Source of the DNA: Kondoa subrosea
Lineage: Eukaryota
Assembly: GCA_039545335.1 (NCBI GenBank)
Contig: BCIN01000004.1
Coordinates: forward strand, 796,925-860,924
Length of the DNA: 64,000 nucleotides
Reading direction: 5' to 3'
Shown one piece after another: positions 15,585 to 26,763 of this stretch. A program made the translations under genes and the position numbers. How positions within the stretch are numbered: position 1 is the stretch's first letter; each line of letters begins with the position of its first letter. The notes under the pieces were generated by a model. It was not told the DNA's origin, did not search any database, and saw only the letters and a program-made list of their open reading frames with translations.

Positions 15585-17943
15585 TCACGATACAGGTTTG
15601 TAATCCTTCGGCACGGGATTTATCTTGTTCTCCAGCTGAAGGAAAGTCATGAGTGCTTCCGTTTGAGGGTTCGTGTACCAAGGAGCTGTCCCATTGTATT
15701 AGCACAATCACTTCCACGAGCTCCAACATACGATTGTCAGTCAGATCTCCTCCAGGTTCATTCGTACTCGGCGCGGTCTTTGTGAATTGCTGAATTTGCT
15801 CAACAGGTATTGATCCACCATTCGGTAAATTAGCTGCTACCCAATCTACTTGCTCATCCAGCAGTTTCTTGATTTCTGTAGATTGTGTAGGTAGGGATTG
15901 TTGATTCCGACTGAGCGAAAGATAAGGATGAAAAGCTCGCGTTATTGCCAACCATAAAGGATCGAACATGAGTTGCGTTGTTTCTGGAGCTTGCACGTCA
16001 GGTAGATCAATGAGCTGTACATATCATATGAGAATAGCCCAAGCCAAAGGAGTAAGGAACACTTACCTGAAGAAATTGTTTCCTGTGACCACACTTGCTA
16101 AGGGCGAGAAACTTGGTAGATTCCTTATCCATCTTCACAACCGGTATGTCAGCTCTTCTTTGATCCGTCCATCGTTGCTGTACCATCCCATCTTCTACTC
16201 CTTCATCCCCATCCAAATCGATCTGCACTTCTTCCGGGTTCGACTTTTCAGGACTGACAGGTCTACTAGGTATCCCAGCCAGACTAGCTAACAGAGCAGC
16301 TTTTGCTTTAGCCAATTCAACACTTTCATCCCTTTCCGAATCAGGTTGTACCAGTTTATCCAAACCTTCATTCTGTTGCATTTTTTCTTGAGGCAATGAA
16401 ACGATAGCTTGAGGATCTTTGATATCCATTATCACTTCTTCACCCTCAGAATCGAAGTCCACATCAATCTCAATCGCGTCTGGGTTTTCTGCTTTCTTCC
16501 CTTCTGCTTTCTTGTCTTCATTATCGGAAGAAGAAACGATCTCGATTTCATCCGGATTGATATCATCTAGAGTTTGTTCAAATTGACTACTGGAATGAGT
16601 TTCGACTGTTGATGTCCTAGAATGTGGATTGTGGTTGTTATGATTATTGATGCGGGAAAGGATTTGAGTTCGAGATTTATCATGTTTTACTAGAGCGGCG
16701 AATTTGGCATGCAAGTGTGCTGCGAACCATAATGGAGGTTGAAGAGTTGTTAGAAGGTTCATTAAAGGTGGTGAGCCTAAAGCGTTGCGTTTGATCTGTG
16801 CATGAAAAGCTTGATTAAACAACAAATGTTGCATGTCAGACAGTGAACGCACCTCATCCGCGAAATATGGCTTGAAGCCTATTAAGGCGGAAGTGTTGCC
16901 ATACTTGTCAATGTTTAATGGCCAGTCGTGAGATAGAAAGATGTCCGGCCTTTGCCGTTGTAGCTAGACGCATATATTGAGCTTCTGCTTTAGATTGGGT
17001 AGGGACAATGTACCTGTGCAAGACGATAGACATCGTACTGCCTGATATGATATATCGACCGCATTGTCGATTCAGAGTAGGGCATAGTTTCATGATGACC
17101 TGTACGAGAGGTCGGAGATTGATCCCTGAAACGGGAATATCTAAGCCAAATCTCGCACCTGAGTAATAGCTCCGATCATTGTAGATGCCGCTGGCGCCTG
17201 ATATCCGCAAACCATTGACTACGAGTGAACCTGCTCCGCCTAAGTAATATATCTGCGGTGCTATCCTACGTAGTGCAAATTAAGATCACCGCGAAAACGG
17301 CAGTAAATTAGAGCCATACCATCCTCCGTGATAACTGGTTTAATTAATCAGTCCATACATAGCGAATACCAAAACACACTGACAGTTCCCACATGTAATT
17401 GCTGGCTTCATGATTCCCACCGATAATGATAGTCAAAACGGGAGCGACAGTTTCACCTGAATAATACCTCGCGAACATCAGTCAGTCATATTCTTCGAAT
17501 TGACCGAAGGATAGGAACTCACTTGTGAAATCCGCCTAGAAGTCGATATTTGTCCGGTACAGCTAAACATTTTAGATCTGCTGGATTCCGAATTGCCTGC
17601 AGCATTTCTTTTAACGAAAAACCGAAAGGAAGCTTGTACGAAGACGAACCTGAAAGTCACCGCATATTAGCAGTAGGTCTACCTTGGAAGAAGTTCGTTC
17701 TTCAGCTTCTTTAAGCGAAGCATAGATCTAAAGGGAGATGAATGAATGATAAGGAAAGCAGAAAGAGAGAAGAAGAGAATGAATATACAGAATCTAATTG
17801 TCCGTGACAGCATCCTTCGATCTGAGGATCAGAGGAATGAGACGAGGAGAAAAAACAAAGAGAGACTGAGCGGAACAAACAGCAATCTGTCGAACTCATC
17901 AGTATTGCAACGGAAGAATGTGCGTGAGTAGACAGACCTTCAT
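15585..17943 (-). CDS. DBR1: RNA lariat debranching enzyme
   Basis: MK|IA|IEGCCHG start via microexons, [49 protein letters not shown]. Confidence 0.95.
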
Positions 17944-17999
17944 CAGACACTACTGTCTGCGCATAAGGCTGAGTCGCGGTGGAGAAGTGACCTGCATAA

Positions 18000-19200
18000 A
18001 TCCAATCAAAGCAATTGTTTGACTTGAACGTCGACTGTTCTTATATTCAGCTGTAATGTGGGTTTCTGTCGCCTCATCTGAAGCAGGCCGTGCTCAGTAG
18101 CAAGTCCAATAGTCCAAACATCAGCAAATATGGCCTTCCGAGCAGTAATGAAGAATTGGGTATGCTCAATTATTGGCTTAGCCCGCTATGGCTACATACA
18201 AGTGCTGACTTGCTGCTCTCTTCATTAGTATGAACCTGGTCAGTCTTGCTCGGATGGAAGTGCCCAGTGGATTTGCTGATGGCTTGGTTACAGCCGCTAT
18301 TCCAATCTACGCAGTCATAGCGTGAGTTGCATTGCGCTGATGTGTGCTGAGGACTCACACTGATGCACCTGTAGCGTTGCTGTCGGTGGAGTGCGTTTGC
18401 TCTGGCTTCTCGTAGTGACTCGCAGCTAATTGACCGAATTCGCCAAGGCTGGATACTGTAAGTTCTTGCCCTCTTCCATAGGACAATACCCTTACTTTCC
18501 TTGACAGATGTTGGCCGGCGTATGTGATAAGATATTTGTCACTGTTCGGAGCTGATCGCTCGAGAAGTCGCAACTGGACCAGGTGAACTTGCCTCTTCTC
18601 TTGGGTGTCCTCATACGATACTGATGTGCTATGATAGATGTGGTTTGGGATGTACGCCTGATGCATTCTTGATGATTCGCTCAATCTCACATCTTTCTCT
18701 AGAGACACAACAACCCAGAACCTTGGAACAGAGTTCAGCAAGGAGAGAAGTAAGTGACGAATCAATCTTTGGGGTTGCCCTTACTGATCAACATTGCTTC
18801 CTGCAGCATTAAATTCGGAGTAGGCCTATCTTCCTTATGCGAAAAATCGATTTTGATAATCCGCCTTACAGTCGGTAAATCAGAAGTTCGACAAGCCGTG
18901 AGGTTTTCTGAGGTTAAAGTATGTTATTTTTGCTAAAGCCTCCTGTCTGTCAGCTACAAGCGATCGTATGTCGAATGTTTAAAAGTTCATATGCGACTTG
19001 CTGATCACTTGTCTCAGCTGGAACATTGGAGCACCCAAAGAAGAGGGCAAGCTGGTCAGTCATCCTCCTGTACCGGATGTTTGCATCTGAAGGTCTATCT
19101 ATGTACAGGTCTAATCTTTGGGTCTTTTGCGTATATCGATCCTCATATGTACTTGCATTTTCGACAAGCATAATGCACATAATTTGCTATCTCTCGTCTG
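18000..19200 (-). other. Unresolved coding-like segment (decayed or highly spliced orphan gene)
   Basis: Successive minus-strand ORFs (18950-19180, 18355-18765, 18170-18358) with protein-like composition; no recognisable family. Confidence 0.2.
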
Positions 19201-19303
19201 CCTCGTTGTGCCTTTGTGTCATGTCTATGATAATGCGGAGGTGACAAGCTATGCGATCTAATCTCTACACCAGGCAAAGTACAAGAACGACATATTTACT
19301 GCT

Positions 19304-21711
19304 CTACTTTGCCTGTCTTGGACTTATATCCTTTCGCCATGCATCCACGCTGTTCACTAGTTTCGCAGGAGGTGCAACAGCCGGCAGACTAGGCATGACG
19401 CTTTGAGCCTGTTGCTGCAACATCATTTGCTGTTGCATCATTTGCTGCTGATAGGTAGCAGCCATAAGGTGTTGTTGGTATTGCATAGCTTGCATTTGCA
19501 TCCAATAAGCTGATTGCTGTTGTTGATGGAGAAATTGTGCTTGTTGTGCTTGTTGCCGAGCGATGCCAAGAGGTGCATCGTCATTCGTTCTAGCTCGCAA
19601 AGGTTTCTCGTCGTCGGAATCTACTTCCACCCTTTTTTTATTTGATAAAGGCTTCTCATCATCTGAGTCGACATTCTCTTTCTTCGCAGCTTTAGATGGA
19701 TTAGACCAAAGTGTTCCACTCAATCGTTTTCCAAGTGAAACATATTCTTCTTCTTGCTCTTCTTGGTCGCTTTCCTCCTCCTCTGGCATCGAAGGTGTTT
19801 CTGGCTGCAGGTAATCTTCCAAATCGAAACCACCGACTTCAGCAGGCTCAAAACTGATTTTCGATTTCCGTTCGCCTAACATCAGGGCAGATTGCCTTGA
19901 TTTGACGACAGACGAAATAGGTAAATCATCTTCTTCATCTCCTTCTTCCGCATTTTTCTCGTCGACCGCGTCTTCTCTCTCAGCTAAAATAGTAGCCAAA
20001 ATCGGTTCTTCTTCTTCTTCTTCCTCTTGATCTCTCTCACTGGTACTATCACCACTATCCGATCCTTGAGTCCACAATTTCCGTAAGGCATCCGATCGAC
20101 TAGCGTAAGAAGCTCGGAAAGGTTTATCTGGACTGTTCTCTCCTCCCGATTCACCAGGAGACCAAGGATTCTTGCTTGATGGTGAGATGGGCGAGAAAGA
20201 TGGATCGAATTCAAGTGATAAGCGAACTTTGTTAGGTGTTACAGGTGGTGAGAGGTATTGATCAGAGTGTCCTTTGTTTGGTGAAGGAGGGATAGAAAGA
20301 GGTTGAGGTGGTAAAGAAGGTGCTCCAGGCGGTAGCCAAGATGGAGTTTCAGCTAGCTCGAATTCACCTGAGGCGGAAGATAAAGAAGGTTGTTTCTCTA
20401 ACGAATCACGTCCAGATGATTCGGGTTCAATGGACAGTTCTTTTCGCAGAGGTGAAGGGGGTAAATCATATTCTTGTGGCTGCAACGTTTCCCTCTTTTT
20501 GCCTTTCTTATCAGGTTTCTGGCGTTTCTTGGCGTCCTTTTCTGCTTTCACAGCATCTTCAACTCGTTTCCGTTCAGCTTCCATTTTGCGTTGCGCTTCT
20601 TCCATCAATCTAATCTTGGCCAGCTTTTCCAGCTCTTTCTCCAATACTTTGTCCCTTCCGAAGACACCTGTTGCAGGTTTAGCATTTGCATCCCTTTGCG
20701 CTGCTTGAGCGGTAAAACGCAAGAAAGGTTCAGAATCGTCCGGAGGAGGTGCATCAGGAGTGGATAGATTATAGAGCGAGTCTGACATCTTGATACGTGA
20801 GTCACCAGAAAAGACTCTGAAGCGCTGCTATCAGTCAAGGTCTTTTCAGCTTAAAGTAATTGGTTTTACCTTTGTTTACCCTTGATCTCCGCTTTCCTCT
20901 GATCCAATCGATCTAACAAGCTCAAGCCATACAGTTTTCCAGCAGGTCTTTCCTTTACTGCTTCTACCGCACCAGCTTCTTTGTTGACGACCTGAGAAAT
21001 TCGTTTGGCAGCTTCTTGCAATTGACCTTCTTCGGCTAGGGGAGCGGGCATAACCAACACTTTCGGTCTGCCAGGAGTAGTGAAAACAGGTCGATCAGCT
21101 TCTGCTTCCAGTCGTTCTGCTCTCTCTTCAGGTGTTTCAGTTCTACCAGGATCAAAGCGGGATAAAGCACTACCAGGACGAGAAGTGACAGAGTAAGAGG
21201 ATAGAGCAGAGGTAGTCCGAGTACGAGTGTAAGAGAAGTTAGTAGAAGCGCGTGATGTTGGTCTGTCTTCTTCGGCATCTTCGCGCAGATATGCAAGACC
21301 CGATTCATCATCCTCAAGTACTTTAATAGGTTCCGATTTCTTTACAGTACTGCAAGAAGACTTGAGCGTGCGCAAGCGCGCAAAGGTAGAAAGAGAACAG
21401 ACCTTGTCCCTTCAGGTAGCAGTTTGTCCATGCCCCATTCGGACAGAGTTTCACTTATAGAAGCAGCATCATCCTCCTTATCTCCAGCATCCTTGACTGG
21501 AGCTAAATAAGTCTCGCCAGTGCTGTGCCACGAAAGCGAACTTGAAGATCTCTCTTCTCCCGTGAAACCTTGAGACAGGTAATCTGGAGTTTTGGCTCGT
21601 TGGTTATTTGTAGGATGGTCTTCTGCCTCGGGTCTAGGCAGACCGAAGTAATCTAGACAGGCTTCATTGTGTTTATACTAGGAAATACATAGAACCTGTT
21701 TCAGCATTCAT
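19304..21711 (-). CDS. Hypothetical low-complexity, disordered protein
   Basis: Exons MNAET|DYFGLP..., 20866-21375 and a 494-aa terminal ORF with acidic tracts, two DSDDEKPL repeats and a Q/M-rich tail. Confidence 0.75.
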
Positions 21712-21982
21712 GACACAAGCCCAAGTAGTAGCAAAGCCAGCTCACTGGAGTGACTATAGCAGACTCCTTGATCTTCTCGTCATCATCCAGCAAGTTTGCA
21801 AGCAATTCCAGGCGAGCGATGATTTGCGCATCATCGTGCATTTGGTGGTTCAAAAGAACGCGTCTCATTGAGAACAAAGTCACACGAAGTAGCACATAAC
21901 ACTGTTTTCATTAAAGCGACATATAGACGGACGCTGCACAAGCTACTCTGATAGTATAGTAAAAAAAGCTGTACTTCCTTCT

Positions 21983-24487
21983 TTACTTCGACTTGGTCTT
22001 CTTTCCACCTGCCAAAGTGTGTTTGCCGATGAACAAGCTCGAGATGAACTATGCATTTAGTCAGCATGTTTGCTAAAGCAGGGAGAAAAGAGAAAACTTA
22101 CAGCCAATCCAGCGAAAACAGTCAACAAGATGAAAACTCGGTGCATAGAGTATTGATAAGCAGCAATTGCTCCTTCTCTCTCTTTACCGTGCAGGTTAGC
22201 GATGGTCGAAACATCTGCTCTGATTCGAGCGATCTTCTCCGCCGCATCTGGTCCACTAAAGACGTTATTGAGTTGATTCTGTCAGGATCGAGTCAGCTAT
22301 ATCGCTACCGCAGACCGATGAGAATATACTTTGAGAGTGACTTGCAGCAGAGAAGTGCTGAGTGAAATACCAAGCACACTTCCAGTAGCTCTGAACAGGT
22401 CTGATCGCACAGTTAGCATTATACACAGATGACAGACAACGAGCCTACAAGAAATACCAGTGGCAGCTGCCATATCTTCAGGCTTGACAGCGGCAATTAG
22501 AGCGACTAGGGTAACGGTAATCAGACCCTGCGCAATGCGTCAGCGCTACGATCGTGCTCGAAGGTGTGGACATACACCGAAGCCCTATAGGTAACGGATG
22601 AGAGATGGATCGACTAAAGAATGCATGCACTCACAATGCCTCCGGGAGCCATCGAGAGCCAGTATTCGGGTTCATTGGTGTATTGACGGTTCCATAGCTG
22701 AGCGATTTTGTTCAGTAAGCTTACGCAGTAATAGCGAGAAACTCACAGTCATCAAGAAAGGTCCCAAGATACCAAGACCAGCCAAAGAGATGAGAAGAGT
22801 GCGATAAGTTCCAGTTCGAGCGATATAGAAACCGCAAAGTAGCCTGAAGCAAAAAATGTTTATTAGTCCGTCGAGATTCTCGTGTGCGACGAGCAGACTC
22901 ACGAAGCAGTGGAAGCGAGCACAGCATTAGGAATCAAGTGAAGACCGGCATAACTTGTGGAGGTTTGTTCAACAGCTGAGAAGTAAAGCGGTACATTGTA
23001 TAGGATACCGAATTGACTCATTGAGCTATATTGTACTAGTCAGTATAGCATAATCGAGCGACAATAGACTTACATAAACCAGTTAGTCAAACTGACGAAC
23101 CCGGGAGTTCTTGTGAAGAGAACAGCAAGCGGCATGACCTGATCAAGCTCTTAGATCATTCACGGAACATCATTTACAGACTTACTGGCTGACGGGCGAC
23201 ATATTTTTCGACAATCACAAAACAGATAATCAAGACTACAGCTCCAATGATCGATCCGTAGACCAAAGGAGAATCCCAAGGCTTCTCATTTCCGCCAATG
23301 GAAGTACCAAGCAAGAAGAGAGCAATACCGCTGACAAGAGTCAAAGCGCCAAGGTAATCAATTCGCTTGAGTTTCTCGGACATGGATCCTGGACCACCTG
23401 GAATGTTGACCTTCCAGCTGACTACGACAGCATGGATGATGCAGAGAGGAATTTGGATCAAGAATGCCCATTTCCAGCCAATGCTGTCGCCCAAAAGCTT
23501 GAGACAATGAGTCAGCAGATGTCAGAAAATACGCTTGATATGCTTACACCGCCAACTGGACCTCCAATAGCCGCACCTAAGGCGTATACTATATTACCGA
23601 ATCCTACACGTACGATAGTAAGCTTTCAAGCTGTTCGTCAAAAAAGCGAGACTGACCTTGATATACACCACGTTGACGCAAAGGAATAAGATCGCTCGTG
23701 ACAATGGAAGCCATTGTAGTTAGACCACCAGCACCGACACTGCAGCATCTTTGAGCATCCAACATTGCTTGCGACGTAATGACTTACCCCGCAAAAGCTC
23801 GAGCAGCGATAAGCTGAGGGAAAGTTTGACTGAGACCACAGAAGAGAGAACCAATTAAGAAAACAATAGAAGCGAAGAGAGTCGCTGCTTTTCGGCCAAA
23901 GATATCAGATCCTCGACCATATAGAGGTTGGAAGGCGCATTGCGTTAAGAGGAAACTTGTGCCAATCCATGACACTTCGTTCGAGCGGTGAAATTCAGAG
24001 CCAACGGTCGAAAGAATTGTAGCGACGATAGTAGAGTCCAATGCACTGTCACACCTTTAGCTGCGGTCTTGCATTCATTGAAAGGCGTACGCTAGCTGTA
24101 TTTTGCGTTAGTATAGCGACTAGTGTTATGAAGCGATAAACTCACGAAAGTACCGATCCAGAGACCAGATAGCTGTGTACTCGATCAGAGCGGTTGCAGA
24201 GCAGCTCGAGCTACTCACGATAATGAATCTGTCTGGTCGAAGAGGTGGTTCGCCTATTGAGATTGCGCTTTCGTTGGGAATCCCTTCGACATCGTCGTTT
24301 TCTGCCAAGTTTTGCATATTGGGAGGCAAATTGAAAGCCGAGGCATTGGGACTGCAGATGATTTTTCAGAACATGCTCATTTCGACATGTGTAGAACGCA
24401 CTCAAGAGATTGTTGAATAGCAGAAGCATGAGCGTCCTCATCTTGAGTCGCTCCTACTAGAGGCGTGCGCTCTGTTACAGCCGACAT
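21983..24487 (-). CDS. MFS transporter, 14-TM DHA2/Vba-like
   Basis: DSTIVAT, WIGTSFLLTQCAFQPLYGRGSDIFGRK motif A, GWKWAFLIQIP, RIDYLG. N-terminal ERTPLV resembles an acidic dileucine-type vacuolar signal. Confidence 0.93.
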
Positions 24488-25083
24488 TGTTCGCAGATAA
24501 GCAAACGAAAAAGAAAAAACCTCACCTTGTCTTGAAGCGGTCACCCGTCAAAGTCGCGATTTAGTGTGTGTATCAAGAGAATCATACCCTACTGCAGAGA
24601 TTCCCTGTGATGGCAGAATAGAATCGAAAGGTGTTGCTGTCACTTGCTTGCTCTCGTTATTTGCCTTTCGTATTTGGATCTTCCACTATGTTATACGAAA
24701 GCGAACAAGTCAGACTCTAATGCCTCTGTGGATATCCCATGCATCGCTTCTAGTGTGGTTTGGCATGAACGAGCAGCTCGTGATATCGATTACGTAATCA
24801 CTGTTATGCAAGCCTGGCGTGCTGTCTAGTCGAAGACTTGATTGTTTGCGTATGGCCCTTTATCGATGGGCTTGGGCTGGTAGAAATCTACGGTTGATGC
24901 ACTACAAGATCATCTTCTATACTCGCGAACCTCTTACATTGTTGCCGAAGCCGTCTCGCTTTTCCGTATGACAGATGCCCTTTGTTCTAATCATCGGAAT
25001 GAGTCAATTACTTATACACGTATATCCATCGAATGCATTCATGCCTGTTGCTGTTGAAAGATTTATTGCTTATCAAGATCTCC

Positions 25084-25836
25084 CTACATATTGTTGTTGT
25101 CCCTCGCTGTCTTTGCTTCACGATACAGAGCAGGTCGTCCACCTTTCTTATCATCCGGCCAACCTTCTGGGTACAGATGTGTGGTAACCTTGAAGCCCCT
25201 TGATGTGTATAGACCAAGACCTGCTGGACTGCTTTCCAGCCAAGTCGGATTATCTTGTTGGTCAATGTATTGCAGAAAGTGATCCAGAAGTTTCTTGCCG
25301 ATGCCGTTGCGTTGCGCTTTAGGGTCAATGACCAGCGTTTCAATATACCCTTTAAACCAAGCATCAAGACAGCTATCAAAAAAAGGGGACATGCCAATGC
25401 GGAACATACAACAGCCACCTTGCACACCTTCTTCAGCCAACTTGTGATTGATGGCCGCTTGAGAAGCTTTGCGATAGCTATTTGACATTTCTATTCGCAA
25501 AGCAGCCCAATCTTCTTTTTCCTCTTCTGACATCTTTTCTACATCCAGCATAGCCACTTCTCTGCCCGGTTTGCGTCCATAAATCACTCCAACTACCTCT
25601 CCTTCCGCATTGACAGCTTTCCATCCAATGTAATCAAAAACAAGTTGTCGACGAATGACGGAAGCTAGTCTTTGTACACGAACGTCTTGAGATGGACGCC
25701 ATTCGAATGGTTCCATAATTGCTGTGTCCGCTCCAAATTCATCAAACGCATTCAGTTGACATCGAGCAATGTTGATTAATTCGTCTTGAGAGTCACCGCG
25801 AACGGCGCTGATAGCAATGTCGAAAGTCATGGTCAT
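25084..25836 (-). CDS. GNAT-family acetyltransferase (single exon)
   Basis: 250-aa ORF with IETLVIDPKAQRNGIGKKLL (motif A) and LESSPAGLGLYTSRGF (motif B). Confidence 0.9.
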   Translation of the reverse strand: MTMTFDIAISAVRGDSQDELINIARCQLNAFDEFGADTAIMEPFEWRPSQDVRVQRLASVIRRQLVFDYIGWKAVNAEGEVVGVIYGRKPGREVAMLDVEKMSEEEKEDWAALRIEMSNSYRKASQAAINHKLAEEGVQGGCCMFRIGMSPFFDSCLDAWFKGYIETLVIDPKAQRNGIGKKLLDHFLQYIDQQDNPTWLESSPAGLGLYTSRGFKVTTHLYPEGWPDDKKGGRPALYREAKTARDNNNM

Positions 25837-26543
25837 ACAAGAGCAAGAGGCACATTGACTCGAATGTGCACAAGTTGGAGGAATCTATTTCTGGCTCACG
25901 GCAATGTCGAAACGCGTCAGATTGACCTCGCGTGATCGTACATTTCGTAGCTGTACCAAACAGAGCGGGTCAGTCTGCTTCCTTGTTACACACTGAACAG
26001 CTTTAAGCTGAAGGATGGGAAGGCATCAGAGAAAGCAAACACTGATTTTCTCTTTCTCCGCCGATATCGGTCAAGTTCGTCCATGTTTGCATCAATCCGT
26101 CAATGAGGTTTCAGGTGCTGTAAAGCAGGAAATGCAGCTTTGCTCTGCTCGAATCCTAGCTCCCTTTGCGATACCGACTTGCATTCGAGTCGCTTCCGAA
26201 GAATTCTCGCCTTCTTTCGTCAAGCGAGCCATTCCTTTTTGCCTGCTCAACGGTCATGAATGCTTGCGTATCACTCTGGACGTACTATGATTCTGTCAGT
26301 AATCAAGAAGAATCAGTCACTTTACATTTTTCAGCTTTGTCGTCTCCAGCAAAGGAGAACTCTACTGGCGGGCCAGAGCGAAACGGACTACGGACAGGAC
26401 CGATAGTACTCGAGATCGGTTCGGCGCTTCACATCATACTTGCAAGACGATACTGTACGGCCAAAGANTTTTGACGAAAATCGCGCCCAGATCAATCTCT
26501 GGTGTTCCCACACCGAGTATGAGCGCGTCAAATACCGGTTCGC

Positions 26544-26742
26544 GGGAGTTTGGCTGAGTGGTCTAAAGGTTGGTCTGCCCTGGTCGCTCGGTCTGGATCT
26601 GTCTGACTTGGATTTGCAGCGGTAGCCTAGAATTTCATAGTTCAGCTATTATCCTCTGGATGCGTAGGTTCAAAGTCAGTAGCTCAGATGTTGTTATGGT
26701 TCTCCGTCTGATCTGAGTGTTACAACAGTCCTGCAGCTCTCG
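26544..26742 (+). tRNA. tRNA-Ser(AGA) split by three introns: exons 26544-26568, 26620-26632, 26644-26674, 26729-26742
   Basis: The spliced 83-nt sequence folds as a cloverleaf: acceptor GGGAGTT/AGCTCTC, D stem GCT/AGC, anticodon stem GTAGC/GCTAT with loop CT-AGA-AA, variable arm ATCC-TCT-GGAT, T arm GTAGG-TTCAAAT-CCTGC, discriminator G73. Confidence 0.88.
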
Positions 26743-26754
26743 AACCGATTCAAC

Positions 26755-26763
26755 TTTTTTTTT
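26755..26763 (+). terminator. Oligo-T (T9) Pol III-type terminator
   Basis: T run begins after a 12-nt trailer downstream of G73. Confidence 0.7.

Noticed and set aside
15585..17943. Functional clustering of DBR1 and PAP1 with the intron-containing tRNAs
   Set aside because: They are 9-18 kb away with unrelated genes between; fungal gene order gives no support.
24930..25000. Possible degenerate duplicate of the GNAT 3' end
   Set aside because: Similarity too weak to support by eye.
26440..26625. Short ORFs across the tRNA locus (26440-26625, 26635-26823 and their duplicates)
   Set aside because: No protein features; the sequence is better explained by the split tRNA.
26621..26650. Reading the anticodon as TAG (Leu) or TCA (Sec/suppressor)
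   Set aside because: The TAG register needs C33, removes position 26 and adds a G-U pair. TCA lies at the intron end and gives only a 3-nt loop. AGA gives U33, A37 and G73.
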